DNA of 52,205 nt, from the NCBI GenBank assembly GCA_963991165.1, contig CAXDOW010000001.1, positions 1 to 52,205 of the forward strand, written 5' to 3'. Below, piece by piece: positions 8,690 through 18,925 of the stretch. The DNA is from an uncultured Flavobacteriales bacterium. Lineage in GTDB: Bacteria; Bacteroidota; Bacteroidia; Flavobacteriales; UBA7312. How positions within the stretch are numbered: position 1 is the first letter of the stretch; every line of letters starts with the position of its first letter. The notes under the pieces were generated by a model. That model did no database searches and had not been told where the DNA came from. It saw only the letters and a program-made list of their open reading frames with translations. The position numbers and the translations under genes are program-made.

Positions 8690-9194
8690 ATAATGCTTTT
8701 AGCTCAGAAGCATCTTCCGGCTTCATTCTACCTGATAAAATAAGACTTAGTTGACGTCTGCGTAACGCTCCATCAAAGCGTTCTTTTTCTAAGTCAGATT
8801 CAGGAGAAATTGAAGGAACGGCAATGGGACTTCCTAATTGGTCAACGGCTACAAAAGTGTAGATGGCTTCATTGCATTTTTGTCTGCCCACGGAAGAGTT
8901 TCTGTGCTCCATCCATACATCTACGAAAACTTCCATAGATGACTTAAAAGCTCTCGAAACTTTTGCTTCTAAGGTGACAATACTACCTCGCGGTATGGGT
9001 TTTTCAAAAGAAACATTATTTACTGATGCAGTAACCACAATTCGACCACAGTGTCTGTGGGCTGAAATAGCCGCAGCCATATCCATCCAGTGAAGTAAGC
9101 GTCCTCCCATCAAATTATCTAAATTGTTGGTGTCATTTGGAAGAACCATTTCCGTCAGGGTGGCTAAACTTTGTAAAGGTTTTCTTAAAGACAT
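8682..9194 (-). CDS. acyl-CoA thioesterase (hotdog fold)
   Basis: 170 aa. LPNDTNNLDNLMGGRLLHWMDMAAAISA is typical of YciA/Acot-type thioesterases. Confidence 0.85.
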   Translation of the reverse strand: MSLRKPLQSLATLTEMVLPNDTNNLDNLMGGRLLHWMDMAAAISAHRHCGRIVVTASVNNVSFEKPIPRGSIVTLEAKVSRAFKSSMEVFVDVWMEHRNSSVGRQKCNEAIYTFVAVDQLGSPIAVPSISPESDLEKERFDGALRRRQLSLILSGRMKPEDASELKALFT

Positions 9195-9195
9195 T

Positions 9196-10176
9196 TTATT
9201 TATTGTTAAGTAACCACGCCTTGGGGTTTTCGGTTCTGCTGGCTTCTAAGGCGATTAGCGCATCACTTGAACGAAAAAACCCATTGTAAGCAACACGATA
9301 CAATCCAGATTGGCTAAGTCCAACAATTTGAGCATTACGATAACCATTATGCTTCAAGGTGTTAACCATTCTTTCGGCGTTTTTCTTTGATGAAAAGGCC
9401 CCTGCTATGATATAATATCGATAGTTTGCTTCGTCTTCAATAGCAAAGGGTGTAGATAAGACTTTCTGGTCTTCGAAAAATTTTAATAGAGTGCTAGAAA
9501 CAGAGGATGTTGGACTAGATACCTCATAGCTTGGAGAACTCGAAGGACTAGTTTCTATATTGATTGTGCTAGTCTTGAATGGAAATAAATTGGCATAAGC
9601 GTCAGTCACTCTATCTTTATTAGAAATGCCTAAAGCACTTAACATGAGCAAAGGAATTAGCACAGCAGCAACTCTCAGCCATGATTTTCTGTTGCCGGCT
9701 ATGTGTGTTTGATCTAATTGACGTATCTTCTTTTCTAGCTTTGACCCACGATCTATTACGGGGTATTGCATGGTAGTGAAGCCAAAACTATCTAATAAAT
9801 GGTTTCGTGAATCAGATTGGACGAAAAGAATGTTATTTTCTGAAGTCAGTAAAAGAGTTCCTACTTTATCAATGAAAACTTTTTTGTACAGTCTGAGCGA
9901 TTCGTTGAGCTCCTGAACGAATACATCAAGTTCTTTTTGAGCTTGTTTAAAAGTCAAACCGTGGTAAAGGGCTATTTCATTAACGAGTAAACCATCATTA
10001 TTTTGAAGACTCCGGTTAAAGACAATACTCTTTTTAGGGGCAAACATATAATTTGTTGTGTGGTCTATGTGAGCCGAAGAATAGTTAGCTACAAAACCAC
10101 CAAAGTTTGGGATGACGACACAATTGTGTTCGCACAATAAATCAGAAATAGATTGATTAATCGTTTGATTTGTCAT
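9196..10176 (-). CDS. SPOR domain-containing protein with N-terminal HU/CCDC81-like domain
   Basis: 326 aa. N-terminal VVIPNFGGFVANY module, a central TM helix (WLRVAAVLIPLLMLSALGI), a Ser-rich linker, and a C-terminal SPOR-like segment YYIIAGAFSSKKNAERMVNTLK...YRVAYNGF. Confidence 0.8.
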   Translation of the reverse strand: MTNQTINQSISDLLCEHNCVVIPNFGGFVANYSSAHIDHTTNYMFAPKKSIVFNRSLQNNDGLLVNEIALYHGLTFKQAQKELDVFVQELNESLRLYKKVFIDKVGTLLLTSENNILFVQSDSRNHLLDSFGFTTMQYPVIDRGSKLEKKIRQLDQTHIAGNRKSWLRVAAVLIPLLMLSALGISNKDRVTDAYANLFPFKTSTINIETSPSSSPSYEVSSPTSSVSSTLLKFFEDQKVLSTPFAIEDEANYRYYIIAGAFSSKKNAERMVNTLKHNGYRNAQIVGLSQSGLYRVAYNGFFRSSDALIALEASRTENPKAWLLNNK

Positions 10177-10203
10177 TCTGCTAAAGTATTATTTTCATGA
10201 AAG

Positions 10204-10911
10204 TTACCCAAACCTTTGAATGACTTTTTTCAAATCATCGTTAGTATCAATAGCGTAAGCATCAAGATTGGTTATTTTAACATGGATGTCATAGTTATGG
10301 TCTAACCATCGCCATTGTTCAAGCCGTTGTTCTAGTTCGTTTTTAGTTGGTGGCAAATCGCAAATGGCTTTCAGAATAGCCGGGCGATAGGCGTATAGAC
10401 CAATGTGTTTGTAGAAGGTCCTTTCTTCTTCGAAAGAAAGAAGGCGGTCAAAAGAGGTAGCCCAAAAATGATCATTAAAACTAACTTTTGGAGTGTGTGA
10501 GTCGCTTAGTAGGCGTTTGTCGTCAATGACTTTTGCCAAAGTGGCTATTTGCGTCTTAGGGTTTTCAAAGGCATGTATGAGTTGGTTGATTTGAACTGGG
10601 TTGATGAATGGCTCATCGCCTTGAATATTGACAATAACATCATAGCTTTCTTCTAGCTTTTCCATCACTTCCAAACATCGATCGGTGCCACTAATGTGCT
10701 TATTAGAAGTCATCATGACTTCCCCGCCAAAGTCCATGACGGCTTGTTCTATTCGTTGGTCGTCAGTGCCTACAATTAATCGTTCTAGCATGGATTTTTG
10801 GGCTTGTTCATAGACTCTTTGTATCATGCTTTTGCCAAGAATATCTAACAATGGTTTTCCTGGCAGGCGACTGGAATAATAGCGTGCTGGTATGATCCCA
10901 AGGGCGGTCAT
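10204..10911 (-). CDS. kdsB: 3-deoxy-manno-octulosonate cytidylyltransferase
   Basis: 235 aa. IIPARYYSSRLPGKPL and IVNIQGDEP motifs. Its start overlaps the upstream receptor stop by 4 nt. Confidence 0.92.
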   Translation of the reverse strand: MTALGIIPARYYSSRLPGKPLLDILGKSMIQRVYEQAQKSMLERLIVGTDDQRIEQAVMDFGGEVMMTSNKHISGTDRCLEVMEKLEESYDVIVNIQGDEPFINPVQINQLIHAFENPKTQIATLAKVIDDKRLLSDSHTPKVSFNDHFWATSFDRLLSFEEERTFYKHIGLYAYRPAILKAICDLPPTKNELEQRLEQWRWLDHNYDIHVKITNLDAYAIDTNDDLKKVIQRFG

Positions 10912-13262
10912 ATGGAAATCCCAAATTTTAAGGAAACCGTTCGTGGTGGCATCATGTTGGCAGGCCGAGTTTGGTATTCACGATTAAGTAGGTTGTTTGA
11001 AATTAAAGAGAGACTTGTTTCATTATTTAAATAGACAATTATTCTTGCATCAACTATAAAGTCGCCGTTTTTTAGTCTTTCTCGCGATTCAGGAATACCA
11101 GGAACGATAGATTCAAAATCTTCTGAAGCAAAAATGGCATCTATGTTCTTCATGAAACTATTGTATTTTAAGCTGGTTCCTAGAGCAAATCGGGAGTGTT
11201 TGAATTCCAAGTCCATTTTGACAACATGTTCGTGTCGATACTTTAGAAAAAGAGTGGATGAGTCTAAAGAACTGGTGTTGTAATAAGTGAGCTCTGTTCC
11301 GTTGATATCTTGACCGTAGCTTATTGTGGGGTCCTTTGGGATGGCATTGATGTAAGTATATCCTCCTATAAAATTGAGCTCGTTCTGCTTTATTTTTGCC
11401 TGACCAGCTATGGTAAACTCTAAGCCGGAAATTTCAGTGTTGCCAATGTTAATAGATTTAAAGCCTATACCTAAATTATCCGCTGTGGGAAGTTGCCATT
11501 GACCAAAACTAAATTCCATCATATTATTATACCGCATGATGAAGGCCGCTACATCTAAATAACCGGTCCAATTTCCAAAAGCAAACCCTTGTTTGATTGC
11601 CAATTCGGAGCTCCATCCATCTTCTGGTTTAAGCTCCGGATTCTGAAAAACATAAATCCCACTGGCTACTTCCGCCTCAATAAATAATTCGGCAATGCTA
11701 GGAAAACGGTAGCCCTGTCCCCAAGAAGATCTAAGAAAGGTAGCCTTAGCCAGTTGGTAGTTGACACCAGCTCTAAAGACGGGTTTTTCTACTTGAAACG
11801 AACTTATTGTGTCACCCTCAATGACATAGCTTTCGCTTGTCTTTAAGCCGAACCGTTCAAATCGAGCACCCAAAGAGAGGTTTATTCGTTGGCCCATTTT
11901 TTTATCCAGTTGTGTAAAAATAGCATTGTTCAATCGGAAGTTTTTTCCATTGAAGAGTTCTGCCTCAGCATCCACATATTCGGTAAGAACGCCGCTAGTC
12001 CAATTTAATTGTATGCTTTCATAAGTTTTTTGGTACTGATACTCTAAATAATATGTGGTGGACTGGTTGTCTTGACCTGTGGGATCGTTCTTAGTCTCAT
12101 TATCGTTGATGACTTTCATGTACCGACTTTGAAGGCGATGCTTATCATTGTTAGTTGGGTTGACATAGGTTATATAGGGGTCTATATTGTACACATCACC
12201 ACTTGTTTTTGTTACGGAACTATCTAAAGGAATGTAGGCCTCGTCATAGCTTTGCCAAATTAAAGCCGAAGCAGTCGTGTTGAATAAAAAATTAGAGTTA
12301 ATACCAAATGAAAGTCCCTCCACTTTTTGACTTTTGTAACGCGTGTTGAAATTCAATCGTTGGCGATTGGTTACCTCATCGTAGCGATAGCCATCATCAT
12401 CTAATAAAAAGCCCCCCACGACTAAATCCAGCGAACCAATTTTACGCTTGTGTAAAAAGTCCATACCGCTAATGTTTCTGTAATCTTCGCCCCACCAGTT
12501 TAAACTGGAGCGTTTGGCGTTAAGGTAATTACCAGTATGAAAGTTGATTTTGGTTTCAGGTTTATTGCTCGCAAATGAGGTTCTTATATTAATAACCCCA
12601 TTGAGAGCCGAAGAGCCGTATAAAGCCGAAGAAGCACCTTTAATAATTTCAACTTGATTGATGTTTTCAGTTGATATTAAACTCCATTGTGCTTGGCCAG
12701 CATCTCCTGAAATGAGTGGCATGTCATCGACTAGCACTTGAACTCTAGTGCCAGCACCATAACTCCAGCCACTACCACCTCTAATATTTGCTTGTCCGTC
12801 CGTCATGTTTACACCAGGTACTTGATCAATGGCTGTCTGTATATTAGTCGTGTTTTTATCTTCTATAAAGGAGGATTTAATCACTTCAATAGAAACGGTT
12901 GTTTCTTCAACGCTTTGTTCAAACTTACCAGCCGACACCACGACTGTCTTTATAAGTTCAGTATTTTCTTTTAAAGGAATGGTTTGTTGTTTGCTTTCGT
13001 TGATTGTAAATGAGTGAGTAATGACAGTTGTTTCATAGCCAATAAAACTGAACGTAAAAGTATGCTCGTTAGCGTCGACATCAACAAAAAACTGACCATC
13101 AATATCTGTGGAGGTGACGCCTTTTCCATCTACTGAAACAGTAACTCCGATTAGCGGCTCCTCGGAAGTGCTATCAACCACTTTGCCAGAAAAACTTTGA
13201 GCAAACAAATGATTGCTCAGCAACGCCAATAATATTGCGAAAATATAATTTGATGAACTCAT
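10908..13262 (-). CDS. TonB-dependent receptor with N-terminal carboxypeptidase-regulatory-like domain
   Basis: Signal peptide MSSSNYIFAILLALLSNHLFAQ, then a CarboxypepD_reg-like module (GKVVDSTSEEPLIGVTVSVDG), a plug and a large beta-barrel. I chose ATG 13262. The track start at 13322 would overlap the divergent dprA gene and sits upstream of a -7 box. Confidence 0.88.
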   Translation of the reverse strand: MSSSNYIFAILLALLSNHLFAQSFSGKVVDSTSEEPLIGVTVSVDGKGVTSTDIDGQFFVDVDANEHTFTFSFIGYETTVITHSFTINESKQQTIPLKENTELIKTVVVSAGKFEQSVEETTVSIEVIKSSFIEDKNTTNIQTAIDQVPGVNMTDGQANIRGGSGWSYGAGTRVQVLVDDMPLISGDAGQAQWSLISTENINQVEIIKGASSALYGSSALNGVINIRTSFASNKPETKINFHTGNYLNAKRSSLNWWGEDYRNISGMDFLHKRKIGSLDLVVGGFLLDDDGYRYDEVTNRQRLNFNTRYKSQKVEGLSFGINSNFLFNTTASALIWQSYDEAYIPLDSSVTKTSGDVYNIDPYITYVNPTNNDKHRLQSRYMKVINDNETKNDPTGQDNQSTTYYLEYQYQKTYESIQLNWTSGVLTEYVDAEAELFNGKNFRLNNAIFTQLDKKMGQRINLSLGARFERFGLKTSESYVIEGDTISSFQVEKPVFRAGVNYQLAKATFLRSSWGQGYRFPSIAELFIEAEVASGIYVFQNPELKPEDGWSSELAIKQGFAFGNWTGYLDVAAFIMRYNNMMEFSFGQWQLPTADNLGIGFKSINIGNTEISGLEFTIAGQAKIKQNELNFIGGYTYINAIPKDPTISYGQDINGTELTYYNTSSLDSSTLFLKYRHEHVVKMDLEFKHSRFALGTSLKYNSFMKNIDAIFASEDFESIVPGIPESRERLKNGDFIVDARIIVYLNNETSLSLISNNLLNREYQTRPANMMPPRTVSLKFGISI

Positions 13263-13273
13263 TAATATAATGT

Positions 13274-13281
13274 TAGATTTG
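13274..13281 (+). promoter_or_regulatory. -7 box candidate (TAGATTTG) for dprA
   Basis: Matches TAnnTTTG, 20 nt upstream of ATG 13302, in a 39-nt divergent spacer. Confidence 0.45.
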
Positions 13282-13288
13282 CAAAGTA

Positions 13289-13296
13289 CAAATTTA
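13289..13296 (-). promoter_or_regulatory. -7 box candidate (TAAATTTG) for the TonB-dependent receptor-kdsB operon
   Basis: Matches TAnnTTTG, 26 nt upstream of ATG 13262. Confidence 0.45.
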
Positions 13297-13301
13297 TTGT
13301 C

Positions 13302-14387
13302 ATGAGTCAAGAACTTTTTCACTGTTTAAGATTATCATTATTAAAGGGAATTGGGCCTGTTATCGCCAAAAAACTGGTGGCTTATTGCGGTAGTATAGAA
13401 GGTGTTTTTAGTGAAAGTACGTCAAACCTTAAAAAAATTCCAAACATTGGTTCTGTTTTAATTCAACAGATAAAATCTGACACACTCTTAAAAAGAGCTC
13501 AGCAAGAGCTAACCTTTATTGAGAAAAATAAGCTTCAATGTTGGACTTATTGGGATAAGCAATATCCCCATTCGTTAAAACAATGCTACGACGCGCCAAT
13601 TATACTGTTTTCCAAAGGACATGTAACCTTAAATCAATCAAAACTAATTAGTATTGTAGGAACCCGAAAAGCTACACCATACGGTCTGTCTTTCTGTAAG
13701 GAGTTCATTCAAGAATTAGCCCCTTATTCGCCAACTATTATTAGTGGTTTAGCTTATGGAATAGATTCATGTGCTCATAGAGAAGCTATCAACAATAGAT
13801 TGTCTACTATTGCTGTGTTAGCTCATGGTTGCGATACTATTTATCCGTCAATGAATAGAGAGTTAGCAACTCAACTTCAGGAAAACGGTGCTTTGTTAAC
13901 CGAATTTCTTAGCAAGACAAAATTAGTTAAGCAACATTTTGTCAGGAGGAACAGAATCATTGCTGGTCTTTCACAAGCAACTATAGTCATTGAGAGTCAG
14001 ACCAGTGGAGGAGCCATGTTGACCGCTAGATTGGCTAATTCATATAATAGAGAGGTTTTTGCCGTTCCTGGTAAAACGAAAGATAAATATTCTATTGGAT
14101 GTTTGGAGCTCATTAAGCGAAATGAAGCTCACTTATTACAGTCTGTCAAAGATTTAGTTTCAAACTTGTCGTGGGATATTCCACAAAATCCGGTTCAAAA
14201 AACCTTATTCGACTTAAGTGAGGAAGAGGCGCACATAATAGATTTGATTTCCGAACACAATGGAATACATATTGATTTAATTCATTCTTTGTGTCAATTG
14301 CCCTATTCAACCACAAATGAACTGTTGATGACACTGGAACTAAAAGGGCTTCTCTACGTTAAACCTGGGAAAATATACTATACATAA
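13302..14387 (+). CDS. dprA: DNA-processing protein DprA
   Basis: 361 aa. DprA/Smf core ISIVGTRKATPYG ... IISGLAYGIDSCAHREA. Confidence 0.9.
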   Translation: MSQELFHCLRLSLLKGIGPVIAKKLVAYCGSIEGVFSESTSNLKKIPNIGSVLIQQIKSDTLLKRAQQELTFIEKNKLQCWTYWDKQYPHSLKQCYDAPIILFSKGHVTLNQSKLISIVGTRKATPYGLSFCKEFIQELAPYSPTIISGLAYGIDSCAHREAINNRLSTIAVLAHGCDTIYPSMNRELATQLQENGALLTEFLSKTKLVKQHFVRRNRIIAGLSQATIVIESQTSGGAMLTARLANSYNREVFAVPGKTKDKYSIGCLELIKRNEAHLLQSVKDLVSNLSWDIPQNPVQKTLFDLSEEEAHIIDLISEHNGIHIDLIHSLCQLPYSTTNELLMTLELKGLLYVKPGKIYYT

Positions 14388-14464
14388 CACCCTATCAGAG
14401 ATTAGCAATCTATTCACAAAAAAATTCTTAAGTCAAAAAAATATCTTGGATTGTCTAAAAATGA

Positions 14465-14472
14465 TATTTTTG
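14465..14472 (+). promoter_or_regulatory. -7 box candidate (TATTTTTG) for gdhA
   Basis: Matches TAnnTTTG, 20 nt upstream of ATG 14493. A TTG lies 16 nt upstream of the box. Confidence 0.4.
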
Positions 14473-14492
14473 CTCAATTAATTATTGAACCA

Positions 14493-15842
14493 ATGTCAAC
14501 AAAATATCAAGAAAAAATAGACGGATTTATGGCAACAGTGAGTTCAAAAGATGCTCATCAAGTTGTTTTTCTTCAAGCGGTGCATGAAGTGGCAGAAGCC
14601 ATTATTCCTTTTATGGAAGAAAACCCGCGCTACAGGAATGTTGCACTTTTAGAACGTATGGTTGAGCCCGAACGAACCATCATGTTCAGAGTCCCTTGGC
14701 TGGATGATCAAGGAAATATTCAAGTTAATAGGGGGTACAGAGTTGAATTTAATTCGGCTATAGGCCCATACAAAGGTGGATTGAGGTTTCACCCTACTGT
14801 CAACTTAGGAATACTAAAGTTTTTAGGTTTTGAACAAGTCTTTAAAAATTCCCTTACCACTCTTCCGTTAGGAGGTGGAAAAGGAGGGTCAGATTTTGAC
14901 CCAAAAGGGAAATCCGATAATGAAGTAATGCGATTTTGCCAATCTTTTATGTCCGAGTTGTATCGTCACATAGGGGCTAATACAGATATTCCAGCAGGCG
15001 ATATCGGTGTTGGTGCCAGAGAAATAGGATTTCTATTTGGTCAATACAAACGGTTAAGGAATGAGTTTACAGGTGTTTTAACAGGAAAAAGCATCGAATG
15101 GGGGGGGTCCCTTATTCGCCCTGAAGCTACAGGATACGGCACAGTATATTTTGCCGCAAATATGTTGGCAACTCGAAATCAATCTCTACAAGACAAAACT
15201 GTAGTGATTTCTGGTTCTGGAAATGTAGCCCAATACGCTTGTCAAAAAGCAACTCAATTAGGTGCAAAAGTGGTTACTCTTTCTGATTCTTCAGGTTTTA
15301 TTTACGACAAAGACGGAATAAATGCTGATAAACTAGCATTTATAATGGAGCTTAAGAATATAAAAAGGGGCCGTTTAAAAGAATACGCTGAACATTACAA
15401 TTGTGAATATTTCGAAGGGCAAAGACCTTGGGGAATTCAGTGTGACATTGCCTTGCCTTGTGCCACTCAAAACGAGTTAGATAAAGGCGATGCTATCCAT
15501 CTTTTAAAAAATGGTTGTCAGTGCGTTAGCGAAGGTGCTAACATGCCGTCAACTCCTCAAGCTATTGAGCAGTTTTTACAAGCTAAAATTCTTTTTGCTC
15601 CAGGCAAAGCAGCCAATGCTGGTGGTGTGGCTACTTCAGGACTGGAAATGTCTCAAAATTCACTTCGATTGAACTGGTCTCGTGATGAGGTGGATGACAA
15701 ATTACAACACATTATGAATAGTATTCACCAGTCGTGTGTGGAACATGGAAAGCAGAACGATTTTGTAGATTATGTCAAAGGAGCCAATATTGCTGGATTC
15801 GTGAAAGTGGCCGATGCTATGATGGATCAAGGTGTAGTCTAA
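14493..15842 (+). CDS. gdhA: NADP-specific glutamate dehydrogenase
   Basis: Motifs KGGLRFHP and GGGKGGSDFDPKGKS. Start set to ATG 14493 (449 aa, the usual GdhA length), downstream of a TATTTTTG box. The track start is TTG 14451. Confidence 0.93.
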   Translation: MSTKYQEKIDGFMATVSSKDAHQVVFLQAVHEVAEAIIPFMEENPRYRNVALLERMVEPERTIMFRVPWLDDQGNIQVNRGYRVEFNSAIGPYKGGLRFHPTVNLGILKFLGFEQVFKNSLTTLPLGGGKGGSDFDPKGKSDNEVMRFCQSFMSELYRHIGANTDIPAGDIGVGAREIGFLFGQYKRLRNEFTGVLTGKSIEWGGSLIRPEATGYGTVYFAANMLATRNQSLQDKTVVISGSGNVAQYACQKATQLGAKVVTLSDSSGFIYDKDGINADKLAFIMELKNIKRGRLKEYAEHYNCEYFEGQRPWGIQCDIALPCATQNELDKGDAIHLLKNGCQCVSEGANMPSTPQAIEQFLQAKILFAPGKAANAGGVATSGLEMSQNSLRLNWSRDEVDDKLQHIMNSIHQSCVEHGKQNDFVDYVKGANIAGFVKVADAMMDQGVV

Positions 15843-15867
15843 TCTTTTTTATACTCTAATATAAACT

Positions 15868-17058
15868 ATGTACGGAAAGCTAAAATTACAGTTACAAGAC
15901 GAATTAAAAGCCATTAAAGAGGCCGGTCTTTATAAGCAAGAACGTATTATCGTCACACCCCAACAGGCCGACATTGAAGTGGATACTGGCATTGAAGTGA
16001 TAAATCTGTGTGCCAATAATTATTTGGGTCTTTCCTCTCACAAAAACGTGATAGAAGCAGCCAAAAAAACACTTGATACGCATGGCTTTGGTTTGTCTTC
16101 CGTTCGATTTATATGTGGTACTCAGAACATTCACAAAACGCTTGAGCAAAAACTTTCATCTTTTTTAGGCATGGAAGACACCATATTATATGCTGCTGCT
16201 TTTGATGCTAACGGGGGCTTATTCGAACCTCTTTTCACATCTGAGGATGCTATTATCTCAGATGCCTTAAATCATGCTTCTATCATTGATGGTATTAGAC
16301 TTTGTAAGGCCGTTAGATATCGATACAATAATAACGATATGCAAGATCTGGAGCAAAAACTCATTGAAGCACAATCTCAACGAAACAGAATTATTGTTAC
16401 CGATGGGGTGTTTTCGATGGACGGGTATATTGCTCAACTAGACAAAATTTGTGATTTAGCAGAACAATACGACGCCTTGGTTATGGTCGATGAATGCCAT
16501 TCAACAGGATTTATTGGTAAACAAGGTCGCGGAACGCACGAATACCACAATGTGATGGGCAGAGTCGACATAATTACAGGAACCCTTGGAAAAGCACTTG
16601 GAGGAGCCATGGGAGGATTTACCTCTTCCAAAAAAGAAATTATTGATATTTTGCGACAACGCTCAAGACCTTATCTTTTTTCAAATAGCTTGGCCCCCTC
16701 TATCGTTGGGTCTTCCATTGAGGTGCTTAACCTAATAAGTCAGACGACCAAATTAAGAGACCAACTAGAAGAAAATACCACCTATTTTAGACGTAAAATG
16801 GAAGAAGCCGGATTTGATATTAAAAAAGGTAATCACCCCATTGTGCCAGTAATGCTTTATGATGCCAAAACATCTCAAATTATGGCCGATAAATTATTAC
16901 AAGAAGGCATCTATGTGATTGGCTTTTTCTATCCTGTTGTGCCTAAAAATCAAGCTAGAATCAGAGTGCAGCTATCTGCTGCTCATTCCAGGGAACATTT
17001 GGATAAAGCCATAGCGGCTTTTATTAAGGTTGGAAAAGAAATGAAAGTTATCAACTAA
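15868..17058 (+). CDS. kbl: glycine C-acetyltransferase (2-amino-3-ketobutyrate CoA ligase)
   Basis: 396 aa. Alpha-oxoamine synthase family with the PLP-lysine motif [15 protein letters not shown]. Confidence 0.9.
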   Translation: MYGKLKLQLQDELKAIKEAGLYKQERIIVTPQQADIEVDTGIEVINLCANNYLGLSSHKNVIEAAKKTLDTHGFGLSSVRFICGTQNIHKTLEQKLSSFLGMEDTILYAAAFDANGGLFEPLFTSEDAIISDALNHASIIDGIRLCKAVRYRYNNNDMQDLEQKLIEAQSQRNRIIVTDGVFSMDGYIAQLDKICDLAEQYDALVMVDECHSTGFIGKQGRGTHEYHNVMGRVDIITGTLGKALGGAMGGFTSSKKEIIDILRQRSRPYLFSNSLAPSIVGSSIEVLNLISQTTKLRDQLEENTTYFRRKMEEAGFDIKKGNHPIVPVMLYDAKTSQIMADKLLQEGIYVIGFFYPVVPKNQARIRVQLSAAHSREHLDKAIAAFIKVGKEMKVIN

Positions 17059-17074
17059 TTAAGGTTGATAAATA

Positions 17075-17105
17075 TTTGTTTGTTTAAATAAAAAACCTAC
17101 TTTTG
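17075..17105 (+). promoter_or_regulatory. Bacteroidota sigma-A type promoter of the rplM-rpsI-rpsB-tsf operon
   Basis: TTTG (17075-17078), a 19-nt spacer, then TACTTTTG (17098-17105). This matches the published Bacteroides/Flavobacterium consensus TTTG-N19-TAnnTTTG exactly. There is a 54-nt leader before GTG 17160. Confidence 0.6.
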
Positions 17106-17159
17106 CAACCCCTCTGAAATGAGGATATATTGTTAAAGTATAAATTAAACGATTAGATA

Positions 17160-17609
17160 GTGGACACACTAAGTTACAAGACGATTTCAGCCAACAAAGA
17201 AACGGCTAACAAAAATTGGATTTTAGTCAATGCAGAAGACATGATTTTGGGACGTTTAGCTTCCCAAGTAGCTTTCATGCTCAGAGGTAAACACAAAACA
17301 AACTTTACCCCTCATGTTGACTGTGGCGACAATGTCGTTGTTATCAATGCTGACAAAATCCGTTTAACGGGACAAAAATGGACCGATAGAGAACACTTTA
17401 AACACACGGGATATCCTGGTGGGCAAAAACGCATATCACCCAAAGAATTATTTGATAGAGATCAAACCTCATTAGTGAGGCAAGCCATAAAAGGGATGCT
17501 CCCCAAAAACAAATTGGGTAGAGCTATATTCTCTAACTTGTATGTTTACGCTGGTACCGACCACAAACATGAAGCCCAACAACCAACAGAAATAACACTT
17601 AAAAATTAA
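17160..17609 (+). CDS. rplM: 50S ribosomal protein L13
   Basis: 149 aa with a GTG start. The N-terminus MDTLSYKTISANK...ILGRLAS matches the L13 pattern. Confidence 0.93.
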   Translation: MDTLSYKTISANKETANKNWILVNAEDMILGRLASQVAFMLRGKHKTNFTPHVDCGDNVVVINADKIRLTGQKWTDREHFKHTGYPGGQKRISPKELFDRDQTSLVRQAIKGMLPKNKLGRAIFSNLYVYAGTDHKHEAQQPTEITLKN

Positions 17610-17611
17610 CG

Positions 17612-17998
17612 ATGGATACAATACACACCATTGGACGAAGAAAATCAGCTGTTGCTCGTATCTACATGAGTGAAGGCAAAGGAAATATTACCATTAACAA
17701 CCGAGAAGCAAAAGATTATTTTAGCACTGCCACTCTCCTTTACAAGTTAAATCAACCATTTAACCTAGTAGACATGGATGGGAAATTTGATGTCAAGGTA
17801 AATGTTAATGGAGGAGGAAATACTGGACAAGTTGAGGCCATTCGATTAGCCATTTCAAGAGCTCTTTGTCAACTCGATGAAAATCATCGTTTGGTTCTTA
17901 AACCAGAAGGTCTTCTTACACGAGATCCTCGAATGGTTGAACGTAAAAAACCAGGACAAAAGAAAGCGCGTAAGAAGTTCCAGTTCAGTAAACGTTAA
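17612..17998 (+). CDS. rpsI: 30S ribosomal protein S9
   Basis: 128 aa. GGGNTGQVEAIRLAISRAL and a basic C-terminus ending KKFQFSKR. Confidence 0.95.
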   Translation: MDTIHTIGRRKSAVARIYMSEGKGNITINNREAKDYFSTATLLYKLNQPFNLVDMDGKFDVKVNVNGGGNTGQVEAIRLAISRALCQLDENHRLVLKPEGLLTRDPRMVERKKPGQKKARKKFQFSKR

Positions 17999-18024
17999 TA
18001 TCTGAGGATATTGTTTAGTATCAA

Positions 18025-18062
18025 AATGACTCAGACTATTTTTATAATACTACTGAGTTATT
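18025..18062 (+). other. intercistronic RNA hairpin between rpsI and rpsB
   Basis: AATGACTCAG (18025-18034) pairs with CTGAGTTATT (18053-18062): 10 bp including one G-U pair, with an 18-nt AT-rich loop and no T run after it. No -7 box lies between rpsI and rpsB. Confidence 0.4.
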
Positions 18063-18093
18063 GAACAGAATTATGAATGTAAACAATTAAAAA

Positions 18094-18906
18094 ATGTCAA
18101 CAACAAATTTCAAAGACTTATTAGAATCAGGAGTTCACTTTGGACACCTTACACGTAAATGGAACCCACGAATGGCACCCTACATTTTTATGGAAAAAAA
18201 TGGGATTCACGTCATCGACCTAAACAAAACCGTAAACAAACTTGATCAGGCCTGTTCCGCCCTTAAGCACTTAGCCAAATCAGGGCGAAAGGTTATGTTT
18301 GTAGCTACTAAAAAACAAGCCAAAGACTCTGTTTCTTTACATGCTAAAAGAGTCAACATGCCATACATTACTGAACGATGGTCTGGTGGTCTATTGACCA
18401 ATTTTGCTACCATAAGAAAGGCTATCAAAAAGATGAATTCCATTGATAAAATGAAAACTGATGGAACCATTGACACCTTGTCTAAAAGAGAGCGACTTCA
18501 AGTTTCTAGAACTCGTGAAAAGCTAGAAAAAAACTTAGGAAGTATTGCTTCTATGAACAGAATTCCAGCGGCTCTCTTCATTGTCGATATTCATAGAGAA
18601 CACATTGCGGTTGCAGAAGCCAAAAAATTAGGCATTCCAACATTTGCCATTGTAGATACCAACTCAGATCCTAGTTTAGTTGATTTTTGCATTCCTGCTA
18701 ATGATGATGCTAGTCGCTCCATAGATAAAATCGTATCTATAGTTGCAGACTCCATCCAAGAAGGACTTCAGGAAAGAGAAAATGAGAAGCAGGCCACTCG
18801 AATGGCTAAATCTGATACTCCAGAAGTTGAAAATCAAGACGATAAGGTGGCTGAATCACAAGAACAAACAGAAGAAGCTGAAACGGTTTCGCAAAAAACA
18901 AAATAA
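18094..18906 (+). CDS. rpsB: 30S ribosomal protein S2
   Basis: 270 aa. LLESGVHFGHLTRKWNPRMAPYIF. Has an acidic low-complexity C-terminal tail. Confidence 0.95.
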   Translation: MSTTNFKDLLESGVHFGHLTRKWNPRMAPYIFMEKNGIHVIDLNKTVNKLDQACSALKHLAKSGRKVMFVATKKQAKDSVSLHAKRVNMPYITERWSGGLLTNFATIRKAIKKMNSIDKMKTDGTIDTLSKRERLQVSRTREKLEKNLGSIASMNRIPAALFIVDIHREHIAVAEAKKLGIPTFAIVDTNSDPSLVDFCIPANDDASRSIDKIVSIVADSIQEGLQERENEKQATRMAKSDTPEVENQDDKVAESQEQTEEAETVSQKTK

Positions 18907-18925
18907 TAACCTAACAAATTTAATT

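Noticed and set aside
13263-13322. 20-codon N-terminal extension of the TonB-dependent receptor that overlaps the divergent dprA start
   Set aside because: The signal peptide begins at ATG 13262, and -7 boxes for both divergent genes lie inside the extension.
18760-18903. Acidic low-complexity C-terminal tail of ribosomal protein S2
   Set aside because: C-terminal extensions of S2 vary between lineages and are not evidence of a separate feature.
18743-18925. N-terminal 61-codon extension of the tsf ORF in the track
   Set aside because: It overlaps the rpsB C-terminus in another frame. The canonical EF-Ts N-terminus MTKITAADVNALRK begins at ATG 18926.
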